Positions 9,703-19,289 of a stretch of DNA of 41,507 nucleotides are shown in pieces. The stretch's first letter is position 1. Every line of letters starts with the position of its first letter. The notes beneath the pieces are model-generated. The model did not search any database and was not told the DNA's origin. It saw only the letters and a list, made by a program, of their open reading frames with translations. The DNA lies in the IMG/VR virus record IMGVR_UViG_3300017649_000007, positions 1-41,507 of that record; one strand, given 5' to 3'. A program made the translations under genes and the position numbers. The stretch comes from a virus (Duplodnaviria; Caudoviricetes).

Positions 9703-10118
9703 CCGCAATGAAACTCGTCTACAACTCCAGTGTTGCCAAGGTCGCCTTGGCGTATGACACCATCGATTCGGACACGGACACCACTGGTGCAGTGCTCGAC
9801 ACCTACGACGGCGGAAACGCTTTCGCGGAAGTCGATTTCATCGTCACCACCGGCACCGTGACTGACGGCACCTACGAGTTTGCCATCACCGAGTGCGACA
9901 CCGCTAATGGCGACTTCGACCCGGTTCCGGCGTATCGGATTCTGGGCACGGTGCCGACCGTGGGTGCATCCAACGACAATGCTCTGTACTACTTCGCTTG
10001 CCGCCCAACGAAGCGGTACGTGCAGCTCGTCGTCACGTCGGACCAAACGACTGACGGCGGCGCGATGGGTGCCGTGGCGCTGCTGAGCACGGGCAGCGTC
10101 AACCCGCCCGTTCGCTGA
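9699..10118 (+). CDS. Hypothetical virion protein, possibly capsid decoration
   Basis: Thr/Asp-rich beta-type sequence between capsid and adaptor genes; alternative start ATG 9708. Confidence 0.6.
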   Translation: MTAMKLVYNSSVAKVALAYDTIDSDTDTTGAVLDTYDGGNAFAEVDFIVTTGTVTDGTYEFAITECDTANGDFDPVPAYRILGTVPTVGASNDNALYYFACRPTKRYVQLVVTSDQTTDGGAMGAVALLSTGSVNPPVR

Positions 10119-10128
10119 GGGGGATGAC

Positions 10129-10668
10129 ATGCCAGATCTCAACGCATCCGACGTGCAGACGTACACCAAAGGGAGGCTTGCCAGTTCGGACAATCTGACG
10201 ACCGTGCTGCTCAAGGCTGCCCTGGCGGGTGCGCGGTCGGTTTGCGGCTGGCATGTCAACCCTGTCAAGGAGAACCACGTGCTGACACTTGACGGGTCGG
10301 GCAGTGAGCTTCTGCTGCTGCCCACCCTGAAAGTGGTTGAACTAAAAGCCGTTACCGAAGACGGCAAGTCACTCGATCTTGCGGATGTCATGCACTCTGC
10401 CGGTGGGCCGGTTCGGCTGCGCAAAGTCACTGGGCGGTGCTGGACTCCGAAGTACAGCGCAGTCACGGTCACGATGGACCACGGCTACGACGATGAGGCT
10501 GCTGCTGATTGGCGGCTGGCTGTGCTCGACGCGGTCGACCGATTCTCGGAAAGCATTGGGGCAACGGGGCTCAAGCGCTATCGGGTGGATGACGTCGACC
10601 GTGAATGGTTCAACAACCCTGACGCCTTCAACCGTCATCTGATCGCACCCTACAGGTTGATGCCATGA
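10129..10668 (+). CDS. Head-to-tail adaptor
   Basis: AR..CGWHV.P, LDG.G..LL.LPT and VTMDHGY motifs typical of actinophage adaptors. Confidence 0.8.
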   Translation: MPDLNASDVQTYTKGRLASSDNLTTVLLKAALAGARSVCGWHVNPVKENHVLTLDGSGSELLLLPTLKVVELKAVTEDGKSLDLADVMHSAGGPVRLRKVTGRCWTPKYSAVTVTMDHGYDDEAAADWRLAVLDAVDRFSESIGATGLKRYRVDDVDREWFNNPDAFNRHLIAPYRLMP

Positions 10669-11015
10669 CCGCTGGGGGACAGTCGGTCACGTTCGTCTCC
10701 GTGGGTACGGGGGCAACGGACGAGTGGGGCAATCAATTGAAATCGCAGTCCACCACAACGATCACGAACTGCCGTTTCCGGCCCGTGTCTGTGTCCGAGA
10801 CCGTCGACTACACCGACAAGACGACGACCCTCTGGAAGCTCACGAAGATCCGGCCTATCGAGAGCCAGTTGCTCGACGCCAAGCCGAACGATCTTCTCTT
10901 GTGGGACAACAAGACTTTCGAGATCGACGGTGTCCCAAAGGTTTTCACTGACCATACCGGGTCGGTGTATAAGGTCACGGTGTTTGCCAAGCTTCAGCAA
11001 CGGCACGTGGCCTGA
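10665..11015 (+). CDS. Head-to-tail stopper
   Basis: Size, synteny, D.WGN motif and FEIDG.P motif. Confidence 0.75.
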   Translation: MTAGGQSVTFVSVGTGATDEWGNQLKSQSTTTITNCRFRPVSVSETVDYTDKTTTLWKLTKIRPIESQLLDAKPNDLLLWDNKTFEIDGVPKVFTDHTGSVYKVTVFAKLQQRHVA

Positions 11016-11039
11016 TCCTTTGCAAGGAAAGGAAATCCG

Positions 11040-11237
11040 ATGAAGTACGAAGTGCTGCGACCGTGCGTGGTTCGCTCGCCGGATGGCAAGAGCGCCACGC
11101 ACTACCGCAAGATGGGCACCGAGATCGACGCCAACCCGGCTGACGCTCGCCTGCTCGTGGAGAAGGGCTACCTCAAAGAGGTCAAGTCGCAAAGCGCGCC
11201 CGCTGCACCGGCAGAAAAGCCCAAGGACACCAAGTAG
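11040..11237 (+). CDS. Small hypothetical virion-region protein
   Basis: AAGGAAAGGA RBS; A.LLVEKGYL motif. Confidence 0.65.
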   Translation: MKYEVLRPCVVRSPDGKSATHYRKMGTEIDANPADARLLVEKGYLKEVKSQSAPAAPAEKPKDTK

Positions 11238-11243
11238 TTCCGC

Positions 11244-11600
11244 ATGGGCTGGCGTGAAGACTTTGGCATCGAAGACGATTCGGACATCGTCAAAGCGGCC
11301 AAGGACGACATCGAGAACGGGCTGAACCAACAGATGGTCGAAGTGCGCGACTACTGGCGGTCCATCTCGCCCGAAGAGACGGGTGACTACAAGGACCAGT
11401 TCGTGTTCGGCAAGTTCGAGCTGGACGACGGGACGCCCGGTCGCCGTGTCGCCAACATGTCACGTCACGCTCACCTCGTTGAGTATGGGGCTGAGGATCA
11501 AGAGCCGCACTCGCCACGAGCCAAGACCGCCAATCACTTTGGCAACGAAGGGCGGTATCTGGCCGGTGGCAGCGGCCCCGCACCGGAGGCTTCGCTCTGA
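11244..11600 (+). CDS. HK97 gp10-like neck/tail completion protein
   Basis: SISP..TG.Y and HAHLVEYG motifs. Confidence 0.7.
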   Translation: MGWREDFGIEDDSDIVKAAKDDIENGLNQQMVEVRDYWRSISPEETGDYKDQFVFGKFELDDGTPGRRVANMSRHAHLVEYGAEDQEPHSPRAKTANHFGNEGRYLAGGSGPAPEASL

Positions 11601-12052
11601 TGGTCGATCTTCACCCGTATGTCGCACCAGATGGCCTTGAGGCGCTGAGGGTTTGGATAACCGGGTCGGCGTCGCTCACGGGAATCCCCGTGCGAGCCAA
11701 TCGTCGTCCGGGCGACACGCTGCCATACATCATGCTCACCCGTCCCAGTACCGTGTCGGATCTGCTTACGGAGACTGGGGTTTACCGGGTGCATGCGTTC
11801 CATGAAGAGGGGAGCGGGCAGTCCGCGATGAAGCGGTCGTATGACCTTGCAACCCTTGTGAATCGACGCATCGCCGTTCTCAACCCGAGATACGGCGGCG
11901 GTCAGGTGCCGGTGACCGTCAACGGCGTGGATCTCTACGCGGATTCTGTTGACTTCAACGAGGGTCCGACGCGGGAGAAGTACACCGAAGACGGCTCGAT
12001 TGAGCAGTACATCACCGACATCACCATCGCGTGGCGACTGCTCGCCGCGTAA
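11600..12052 (+). CDS. Tail terminator
   Basis: Immediately precedes the major tail gene; R.PGD.LPYI motif. Confidence 0.7.
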   Translation: MVDLHPYVAPDGLEALRVWITGSASLTGIPVRANRRPGDTLPYIMLTRPSTVSDLLTETGVYRVHAFHEEGSGQSAMKRSYDLATLVNRRIAVLNPRYGGGQVPVTVNGVDLYADSVDFNEGPTREKYTEDGSIEQYITDITIAWRLLAA

Positions 12053-12119
12053 AGCACACACAGTCAAAGTTGTTATGGCCCAGTCAGTATGGGCGATCCC
12101 TCACTGAAAGGTTAAAAAA

Positions 12120-13145
12120 ATGGCTCTGCCTTCAACTGGCGGGACATACGACGAACTGTTCCGCCCTCAGCTCAACCCGCTGGCGATTCGGAAGGGTATC
12201 GTCACCGACGCCTTTGTCCGTGATTACCACCAGTCCGCTACCAGCCTTGCCGATCCCGCTGTGGGCCTTGGCGATGACGGCTACTTCAGCCCCTACGCTC
12301 AGGATGGCTACCCGCGTGATGATCTTCTGATCACCAGCGACTCAGCGAACCTCGGCTTCTGGCATCTCGGTCACCTGGGCGTGGACGGCATCAATTTCGA
12401 TCCGCAGATGGACAGCGAAGAGGTGCCGACCGCCCAAACTCTGCGGCCCGCACGTGAAGATGTGATCCGCGAGGGCGAGATGTTCACCATTGTCTGCCTG
12501 GAGCAGACCCCCCTGGTTCGCTACCTGGTGAACGAGCTGCCGCTGGTCGACGTGCCCGATCTGGGGCAGGCGCATCTGACGATCCCGAAGCCGATGGAGG
12601 CCGGAATTGTTGAGCGCCAGTTCATCCTGTGGGGCTTCGACGGCGGTCATTTCTTCGCTCGCACCATCCCAAGGTGCTCGAAGGTGAAGGTCCGCGAATT
12701 CGCTTGGAAGCGTGAGGGTAAGGAGGGCACCGGCGTCACGCTGGACTTCAAGGTGTTGCCTTGCCCGTACGTCGGCAAGCCGGTGCTGGAGCACTACGAG
12801 GGTCCTGCCCACCGTGCTCTCGGCGGCTACGCGACCTTCCCGCCGCCCGCCCCGGTGGCGACGTCTGTCACGCCCGAGAAGGCAACCATCACCTTCGCGG
12901 AAGCCGTTGGGCCTGCTGACCCGTTCACCTACAAGGTCTACAAGATCAACTCCAGCACGGGGGAGCGCACCTTGGCGACCATCGACACCGGCTATCCGAC
13001 GGTGGCGGGTGGCACGGTCACGATCCGGGTCACCGGCATCTCTGACGGTGTGGATTTCACCTTCGAGGTTGAGGCCACGGGTACCAACGGCCTGACCACG
13101 GTCTCGTTGGAGTCCAACGAGATCACCGGCGACGACGGCAACTGA
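12120..13145 (+). CDS. Major tail protein with C-terminal Fn3/Ig-like domain
   Basis: GAAAGG RBS; synteny; C-terminal PAPVATS..ATITF...YKVY...FTFEVEA..NG pattern. Confidence 0.85.
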   Translation: MALPSTGGTYDELFRPQLNPLAIRKGIVTDAFVRDYHQSATSLADPAVGLGDDGYFSPYAQDGYPRDDLLITSDSANLGFWHLGHLGVDGINFDPQMDSEEVPTAQTLRPAREDVIREGEMFTIVCLEQTPLVRYLVNELPLVDVPDLGQAHLTIPKPMEAGIVERQFILWGFDGGHFFARTIPRCSKVKVREFAWKREGKEGTGVTLDFKVLPCPYVGKPVLEHYEGPAHRALGGYATFPPPAPVATSVTPEKATITFAEAVGPADPFTYKVYKINSSTGERTLATIDTGYPTVAGGTVTIRVTGISDGVDFTFEVEATGTNGLTTVSLESNEITGDDGN

Positions 13146-13160
13146 GTTCGCCCCCAAGAC

Positions 13161-13202
13161 GGCCCGTCAGGGTGGTTTGACTGTGTGCCACCCTGGCGGG
13201 TC
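13161..13202 (+). promoter_or_regulatory. Hairpin between major tail and tail chaperone genes
   Basis: CCCGTCAGGGTGG (13163-13175) pairs with CCACCCTGGCGGG (13188-13200); the loop is TTTGACTGTGTG. Confidence 0.65.
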
Positions 13203-13249
13203 CCAAAACACAGTCCACACAGTCACTTTCAAAGAACAGGACACAGTCA

Positions 13250-13690
13250 ATGGCAGCCATCGACAAAAAGCGGGCACTCTCCATCCAAGAGGCGATGGAG
13301 CAGACCGCTGACTTCTTCGGCTTCGATCTGTGCGAGCGGATCGACGTGGGCGGTGAGATCTTCGAGATTTACTTCCGCGACCTGCTGGACCGCGACACGA
13401 ACGCTCGCGTCGAAGCCGTCTATACGGAGTACGCCAAGTGCGACCGTGAAGAGATCACGCTCAGCGACGGCTCGACAGTGCCAGGGCCATACAAAGATCC
13501 GCGCACAAAGGACGGCAAAGAGTTCGACCTCGAATGGCGTCTGGCCGTCGCGCTGTGGGGTGAGGAAAAGGCAGAGCGTTTCGTCAAGGCCGGTGGGCCT
13601 CCCGGTCTGATCCTCATGGTGTGGTCCAAGCAGCGGACCCAGATCAACGAACGGATGAAGCGGGACCCCAAAAGTTTTAGAGGCGATTGA
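13250..13690 (+). CDS. Tail assembly chaperone (G)
   Basis: Lies between major tail and tape measure genes; ends near a CCC AAA A slip site. Confidence 0.85.
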   Translation: MAAIDKKRALSIQEAMEQTADFFGFDLCERIDVGGEIFEIYFRDLLDRDTNARVEAVYTEYAKCDREEITLSDGSTVPGPYKDPRTKDGKEFDLEWRLAVALWGEEKAERFVKAGGPPGLILMVWSKQRTQINERMKRDPKSFRGD

Positions 13691-13991
13691 TCGCTGGATC
13701 TGGTATCCACGTCAGATCGAACATGACCTAGAGGTCTACTACGGCAAGAGCATTGGCGACTGGATGAGCGGCAAGATGTCCAGTCGCCAATTGCTCGTGT
13801 ATCTGGACGGCCTTGTGGCAGACGAACGGTCGCGCCACGGCTGGTATGCCCAGACCGTTCTCCGGGACTGGGAAGAGTTGAAGCAAAAGGCTGAAGAGCA
13901 GCACGAGCGCGAATGCCGTGCAGTCAACGAGGCAGCGATCCTGCACAAGCCGCTACGCATGGACGCAATCGTTGCACCAGAAGATCGTTGA
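13671..13991 (+). CDS. Tail assembly chaperone frameshift extension (T part of G-T)
   Basis: The +1 frame is open from 13659 and reads KVLEAIDRWIWYPRQIEHDLEVYYGKSIGDWMSGKMSSRQLL, typical of actinophage G-T second domains. Confidence 0.75.
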   Translation, partial: KVLEAIDRWIWYPRQIEHDLEVYYGKSIGDWMSGKMSSRQLLVYLDGLVADERSRHGWYAQTVLRDWEELKQKAEEQHERECRAVNEAAILHKPLRMDAIVAPEDR

Positions 13992-14007
13992 GAGGTGGTG
14001 ACGTTCA

Positions 14008-17000
14008 GTGCCGATTATGGTCGACCTTCTGCCGAAGGTTAACGAACGTGAATTCGAGCGCGCTGCCGATCAGATCAAAGACAAGTTCGCGGACGCGGGC
14101 CGCTCGTCGGGAACCAAGTTCTCTGAACAGCTTTCAGAGGCGATGGATCGGTCGAGCGGTTCGGTCGAGAAGTTGTCGGGCAAGGTTCGCAAGGTCAAGA
14201 GCGACATCGATGATGTCGGCAACGCTGCGAAGAAAACGCAGGATGAGCTTGGTGCCCTTACGAACTTCGCAATGGGCATGTTCGACGGCCTGGGCGGCAA
14301 GGCTGAAAAGTTCACCGGCATACTGGGTTCCGTTGGCAAAGGCGCGGGCGTCCTTGGGGCGCTCGCGCTTGTCGGCACTGTGGCCTATCAAGCGGGGCAA
14401 CAGCTTTACCAGCTTGGCCAGGAATGGGACGACGTTGGCGACAGCATCGCCGCCAAGACTGGTGCCATCGGTGACGACCTCAACCGGCTGACTGACACCT
14501 TCAAATCCACGGTCAAGGAAATGGCCGTGCCTATGAGCGACTTTGGCGATGTGTTCGCCTCAGTCGCTCAGTCGTTCCATATCGACGGCGACGCGCTGAA
14601 GATCTTCTCGAAAAACATTGCGGACCTACAACAATTGACCGGCGAGAAGATCAACATTCGGCAGTTGTCGCGGACGTTCCGCGTGTTCGGTGTCGACGTC
14701 GAAGAGAACGGCGTTCAGACCCTCGACGCACTCGCGGAAGCATCTCGTGATACAGGCATTCCGTTCAACGAGCTGATCAGCAACCTGAACAAGGCTGGCC
14801 CCGCAGCCAAGCAGTTCAACATGGGCTTGGGTGAAACTGCTGGCCTGATATCGACTTTCGAGGAAGCTGGCATTGCGCCTGAGAAGACGGTTCAGTCCCT
14901 CACGTCGGCGCTGCGCAGGTTTGCCGATGAGGGTCGTGAGCCTCGGCAGGCGTTGGGCGAGACGATCACTGCCATTCAAACCTTGTCGCAGATCGGTGAT
15001 GAGGCGGGCGCTGCCGACCTCGCATCGAAATACTTTGGCCGGGACTTCATTCCGTTCCTGGAGGCGATCAAGACCGGCGTCGTTGACGTTCAGGCCCTCA
15101 ACGATGCGATAGGCAACACCGGCCCCACCATTCAGGAGCTGCGCGAGGAAACGTCTGGCGTCCAAGAGGAATGGCAAAAGCTCGTTAACACAGTCAAAGT
15201 CGAGTTCGCGCCCGCTGCTGAGGCGGTCTTCCGCAGTGTGAACAGTTTCCTTGAGGAGACGATTGAGCTACTCAAGGCGATCACCGAGCGCAAATGGACT
15301 GTGGTGCTTGACATCATCTCGCCAGGGCTGGGCGGGGTGGTCGAGGATATCGGCAATGCGCTGGGTCAGGGTGTTGATCCTGATCGCCACCCCGAACTGC
15401 CATATGGCTGGCCTGGCACCGGGACTCCCAACGCTCAGGCCCGCGCTCGTGCTGGCACCCGTGAATCGGGTGGCCTCCCAACGCCGGGCACCATCAACGG
15501 CATCCCCGTCGATCAGGCACGGGCACCCGCTGGCACCCGTGAATCGGGCGGTCTGCCGAAAGACATGCAGGCCCAGGGATTCTCGAACAACGTGCAGGCC
15601 GGAAAGGTCAGCTGGCAGGTGCTCGACGCCATCGCGGCGAAGCACGGCGTCAAGGTCGGCTCGACCAACCGTCCTAACTCTGGCACCAGCTACCACAACG
15701 GTGGCCGCGCGACCGACTACAACGGCAGCCCGAAGGCGTTGCGCGCCTTCGCCGAAGAGGTCTCTGCCCTGTACGGCCCGCAACTGGCCGAGCTGATCTT
15801 CGACCAGAAGGGCTGGGCGGGAAACGTGAAGAACGGCCAAAACACTGGCCCGTTCGGCAATGTCTACACGATGCAACAGGCGGGTCGCCACGACGACCAC
15901 GTTCACATCGCCATCAACGCTCCGCGCTTCGCGCAGGGCGGTGCCGTCGACAACATTCCGGCCTGGCTCACCGCTGGCGAGCACGTGCTCACCGTCGAGG
16001 ATGTTCAAGCGATGGGTGGTCAACAGGCCGTCTACGAGTTCCGGCGTCGGCTGCACGGCTACGAGGGCGGCGGCGAGGTCGACAATCGCTGGAAGTACGA
16101 CCCCAGCAAGGGGCAACTGCCAGCGCCGTTCGATGTGCCTCCCGGCTGGGACATGCGGTTTCCGTTGCCTAAGAAGAGCAATCCCAACGACCCGTTTTAT
16201 TGGATGCGGGACATGGGCATCGTCGGCACGATGGGTGAAGGAAACTTTCATCCGGGCATGGTGCTCGACACCAGCACGACCACATACACTCCCGCAGCGC
16301 CGTTCTGGCAGCACGGACCAGATTCGTTGAGGTACAGCGAGATTCTGGACATTGGCACCAACCATCATCCGAAGGCACCGAACTGGGTGTGGGAGCGCTA
16401 CAGGCCGCGCGGCCCCTGGCTGGGCGATGACCCGATGTACGACGCACTGACGAAGAACCGGCCCAAGGGCAAGCGGTTCGGCGGCGCTGTGCAGCGCTTC
16501 CAGACTGGCGGCGCGGTGGGCAACGTGCCCGACCTGTTCAAGGGTGAGCCGAACTTCAAAGATCCGCTGTTGCGGTCCTTCACATCCGGCCTGGCCGGTT
16601 CAGGCGGCTGGGCCGGTATGGTCGGCAACTTCGTTGAGATGGGCCTCGACATGGCGGCGGCTGAGCAGGCCATGCGGCTGGGTCTGGGCATGCCTGGCGA
16701 CGACCCTGGCCGCTCCGAGCACATGGGCTCAGGTGCCGCTCCCGGCCCCTCTGGGCGCTCTCCAGCGACTATGGGCGGGGGAGGCTTCCAAGGTCTCGGT
16801 GGCGCGCCTCTGGCGGCTGCACAGGGCGCGGCAAGCTCGCTCGACATGCTCGCGCCCGGATCGGGTCAGGCTGCGCAGGTCGGCATCCAGCTCGCCAACC
16901 GGGCCGCTGCGTTCGGCGGTCAGGCCATCGGTATCGGCATCAACGGCGTGGTGGAGACCTTGCTGCCCAATGGCTCACCCTTGGGTGACCCGTCCCGCAA

Positions 17001-17262
17001 CTGGCTGGGTCGACTTGCGCAGGGCGTCTCGGGTGCCCGACCGGCTGCGCCGCCCGACGCTGGGCAACAGACAGTTCCGATGGAGACGATGGATCGCAGC
17101 GCCGAGACGACACATGGCCGTGGCGCAAACCCTGGTCCTGGCAACTTCCCTGGCGCTCCGCTCATTGGCACGATGAACGTGACCAGCCCGTCTGACAGCC
17201 AGGCGATTGCGCGGGATATCAACCGGCAGATCAACGCCCACGGCGCGGGGAGTGGTTACTGA
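14008..17262 (+). CDS. Tape measure protein with putative Zn-peptidase motif
   Basis: 1084 aa, Ala/Gly-rich and helical; YHNGGRATD...HDDHVH motif; FAQGG/FQTGG repeats; PAWLTAGEHV. Confidence 0.92.
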   Translation: MPIMVDLLPKVNEREFERAADQIKDKFADAGRSSGTKFSEQLSEAMDRSSGSVEKLSGKVRKVKSDIDDVGNAAKKTQDELGALTNFAMGMFDGLGGKAEKFTGILGSVGKGAGVLGALALVGTVAYQAGQQLYQLGQEWDDVGDSIAAKTGAIGDDLNRLTDTFKSTVKEMAVPMSDFGDVFASVAQSFHIDGDALKIFSKNIADLQQLTGEKINIRQLSRTFRVFGVDVEENGVQTLDALAEASRDTGIPFNELISNLNKAGPAAKQFNMGLGETAGLISTFEEAGIAPEKTVQSLTSALRRFADEGREPRQALGETITAIQTLSQIGDEAGAADLASKYFGRDFIPFLEAIKTGVVDVQALNDAIGNTGPTIQELREETSGVQEEWQKLVNTVKVEFAPAAEAVFRSVNSFLEETIELLKAITERKWTVVLDIISPGLGGVVEDIGNALGQGVDPDRHPELPYGWPGTGTPNAQARARAGTRESGGLPTPGTINGIPVDQARAPAGTRESGGLPKDMQAQGFSNNVQAGKVSWQVLDAIAAKHGVKVGSTNRPNSGTSYHNGGRATDYNGSPKALRAFAEEVSALYGPQLAELIFDQKGWAGNVKNGQNTGPFGNVYTMQQAGRHDDHVHIAINAPRFAQGGAVDNIPAWLTAGEHVLTVEDVQAMGGQQAVYEFRRRLHGYEGGGEVDNRWKYDPSKGQLPAPFDVPPGWDMRFPLPKKSNPNDPFYWMRDMGIVGTMGEGNFHPGMVLDTSTTTYTPAAPFWQHGPDSLRYSEILDIGTNHHPKAPNWVWERYRPRGPWLGDDPMYDALTKNRPKGKRFGGAVQRFQTGGAVGNVPDLFKGEPNFKDPLLRSFTSGLAGSGGWAGMVGNFVEMGLDMAAAEQAMRLGLGMPGDDPGRSEHMGSGAAPGPSGRSPATMGGGGFQGLGGAPLAAAQGAASSLDMLAPGSGQAAQVGIQLANRAAAFGGQAIGIGINGVVETLLPNGSPLGDPSRNWLGRLAQGVSGARPAAPPDAGQQTVPMETMDRSAETTHGRGANPGPGNFPGAPLIGTMNVTSPSDSQAIARDINRQINAHGAGSGY

Positions 17263-19280
17263 TGAAGTTCTATCCACCTGGACCCGTAACCCGTTACGGT
17301 ATACAGCTTTTGAAAGAGGGCATGGAGCCGCTGATCATCTATACCAGCGGCGACGGCTCTATCCAGTGGGCGATCAACGGCGGTTTGGCCCCGTACCCCA
17401 ATGTCCAAGAGGGAGCGTTTCTTCAGGACGGGGTCGCGGGGTTCCATCCGTCGTTTTCGTTCGTTGAGGCGAAGGGTGCTCGTCAGGCTGGCGTGACGAC
17501 ACAGGCCACCGTCTACGACCCGGCAGAGTTCGACCTGCCAATGGAATTCACGGTCCCCGCCGACTCGTCCGATCCCGTCGCGGCGGGCAAGGCGATTGCT
17601 CGTGTGATCCGCGATTGGATCTCATCGTGGGACCCGGACGAGCCGGGGAAGCTCGAAGTGATCACCCCCGACATGGGTCGGTGGTGGTGCCATCCGCGCC
17701 TGTTCCGTTCGCCGCCCGAGCGCCAATTCCGTGCCCAGGCAAGGCGTTTGCGGCAGTCATACACCTGGACGGCCCGCAACGACGCGGCGTTCTGGCGCTC
17801 AACGGATTCCGTGTCTGAGTTCAAGTTCAAGTTCTCGTTCGCGTCCGACAACTTCCGCCGAGAGGACGAGACCGGCCTTGGGCCGCAATGGGCTCAGACG
17901 TATGACCCAGCCGACGGCGGCGGCACGTGCGGCACGGACGGCAAGTACGCCCGATGGTTCCCGGAGGGGAACGAAGATCGGGAGGTCCGCAACCGATTCC
18001 TCGGCGTCAACGAGGTGCAGACGGTCGAGATCGACGGCGAATTCGACGGTGGTACTTGGACATACACGGTCAACGGCCAGACGACGTCGGGCATGGCACC
18101 CGACATCGATGCTGAAGGTTTCCAACAGGCCATCGAGGCTCTGTCTGGTGTCTCAGAGGGTGACGTGCTAGTTGAGGGCGCGGCGGGTGGCCCGTTCAAG
18201 GTGACGTTCCTGAACAACCTTGGCTTCCAGAACATTACGACATCGGCATCTGGTGCCAGCTTGACGCCAGATGGAACCGCGTCGAGCGTGAAGGTGGCGA
18301 CTGCCGTCGAGGGCACAAGCGCCGAAACGGAAACCGACATGCAGGTGGTGACGCTGAAGATCGGCGAAGCCTTCCAGTGGCCGTTCCCCGAGCTTGGCGC
18401 GCTTGACATCTGGTGCCGTTTGAACGACGACGACGAAGACCCGACCGGCGTCCGGTTCAGGATCTTTCGCCATTGGGTTACCTTGTCCCGCTTTGAAGAG
18501 GGCGTTGAGACGGTGATCTTGCAGCGGCCCTTGCTGTTCCCCCCGTTGTGGTTCGAGGACTGGACCGTTGTCGCGGGCGTCAACGGCAATGCGCGCCGAT
18601 TCAAGCTGTTCCGTGGCAAGAGCAACTTTCTGGTCCTCGACTGGATCGACCGCAACGAGGTGACCCCGATGGGTGAGGGATATCGCGGGTCCGCCTGGGG
18701 GATGAAGGTGTGCCCCAGTCCCTTGCTCGGGCTGCAATGGGTTCCGCCGAGCGTCGAAGAATTCTCCGTAGGTGTCAACGCAACCCAGACCCAGAGCGGC
18801 CACGTCTATCTGACCAACTTCGGTGATCAGAAGGGCTATCACAGGTTCCTCGCATATGGCCCTGGCACTTTCAGGCTTGGCAATGTGGGGACGAACAACT
18901 ACATCGAGTTCGGTCCACTGCTCGACGGCCAGATTGCTCTTCTGCCAACGCATCCCAGGCTGCGTGGGGTGGTCGACCTGACGCCTGATCAGCCAGAGCA
19001 GGAACTCACGATATTCCAAGACTTTGTCAAACGGTTGATCAACCTTGCGGTGAGCAACAATACGCCACCCCTTCTGGAGTGGTTTGAATCGCTGCTGGGC
19101 ATCCGGCCCCCGCAGGGCGAGCTGTACCACCTGCTCAAGGGCCGCTTCACAGGGCACATCCCGCCGAAGCCTGCCGGTGATGCGCCGACCACGGTCAAGA
19201 TTCCGGTCGAGATCGTGGATGGCAATGCCGACTCGAAGATCATTGCGGCCCTTACGCCCTTGCGCAGATGGCCGCTGTAG
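17262..19280 (+). CDS. Minor tail protein (distal-tail-like with insertions)
   Basis: First gene after the tape measure; VNEVQTV insertion motif. Confidence 0.75.
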   Translation: MKFYPPGPVTRYGIQLLKEGMEPLIIYTSGDGSIQWAINGGLAPYPNVQEGAFLQDGVAGFHPSFSFVEAKGARQAGVTTQATVYDPAEFDLPMEFTVPADSSDPVAAGKAIARVIRDWISSWDPDEPGKLEVITPDMGRWWCHPRLFRSPPERQFRAQARRLRQSYTWTARNDAAFWRSTDSVSEFKFKFSFASDNFRREDETGLGPQWAQTYDPADGGGTCGTDGKYARWFPEGNEDREVRNRFLGVNEVQTVEIDGEFDGGTWTYTVNGQTTSGMAPDIDAEGFQQAIEALSGVSEGDVLVEGAAGGPFKVTFLNNLGFQNITTSASGASLTPDGTASSVKVATAVEGTSAETETDMQVVTLKIGEAFQWPFPELGALDIWCRLNDDDEDPTGVRFRIFRHWVTLSRFEEGVETVILQRPLLFPPLWFEDWTVVAGVNGNARRFKLFRGKSNFLVLDWIDRNEVTPMGEGYRGSAWGMKVCPSPLLGLQWVPPSVEEFSVGVNATQTQSGHVYLTNFGDQKGYHRFLAYGPGTFRLGNVGTNNYIEFGPLLDGQIALLPTHPRLRGVVDLTPDQPEQELTIFQDFVKRLINLAVSNNTPPLLEWFESLLGIRPPQGELYHLLKGRFTGHIPPKPAGDAPTTVKIPVEIVDGNADSKIIAALTPLRRWPL

Positions 19281-19289
19281 GAGCCTGAC

